Virus record (IMG/VR): IMGVR_UViG_2896054739_000007
Location: 64,001-128,000 of that record
Strand: one strand, 5' to 3'
Source of the DNA: a virus
Lineage: Duplodnaviria > Caudoviricetes
DNA length: 64,000 nucleotides
In this document: piece by piece, positions 63,937 through 64,000 of the stretch
Layout: each line of letters opens with the position of its first letter
How positions within the stretch are numbered: the first letter of the stretch is position 1
The notes under the pieces: generated by a model
Database searches by the model: none
The model's input: the letters and a program-made list of their open reading frames with translations, nothing else
What the model was told of the DNA's origin: nothing
Program-made: the position numbers and the translations under genes

Positions 63937-64000
63937 AAAGTTGGTGATTGAATATATGGGTGAGGTGTTGATTTTAGACCAAGTAAAGGCAGATATATTA

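Larger units (their letters stand above)
1..64000. mobile_element. Large SPbeta-like (pro)phage segment; no att site or host flank visible
   Basis: YonO-like RNAP, YonK-, YonJ- and HU-like genes, then terminase and portal, resembling the SPbeta late region; antirepressors, tRNAs; no host housekeeping genes. Confidence 0.9.

Noticed and set aside
1-64000. Stop-codon reassignment
   Set aside because: Long genes (RNAP, terminase, portal) are intact in the standard code; no suppressor tRNA seen
1-64000. Retron, DGR or arbitrium (aimR/aimP) system
   Set aside because: No reverse transcriptase motifs and no TPR receptor plus signal-peptide pair in this window

Overview
AT-rich 64-kb segment of a large temperate phage or prophage with SPbeta-like organisation. 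The host is probably Clostridia/Lachnospiraceae (inferred from RBS style, boxA-like sites and gene families). The left arm (1 to ~34.7 kb) is almost entirely leftward: short accessory genes, many TA modules (RelE-like, YefM-YoeB, two HicAB, DUF4258/YgiT, orphan PemK, Fic), anti-restriction-like genes, a tyrosine recombinase, many small regulator+promoter units, and a twister and a hammerhead ribozyme. The strand switches at ~35 kb. The right arm is rightward: antirepressors, deaminase, YonO-like single-subunit RNA polymerase, YonK/YonJ/HU-like genes, tRNAs, free-standing endonucleases, a second tyrosine recombinase, terminase and portal. Main observations: (1) ~31 copies of a 16-bp palindrome TGAAA-N6-TTTCA lie at gene junctions of the left arm, often supplying the stop codon, and neighbouring sites tend to share spacers, suggesting an integron-like gene-cassette array in a phage. 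(2) A ~400-nt structured RNA with a 7-nt periodic A-tract array directly follows a coiled-coil gene. (3) An HNH nuclease ORF is enclosed by the two halves of a tRNA. All family calls come from motif recognition by eye; no searches were run.
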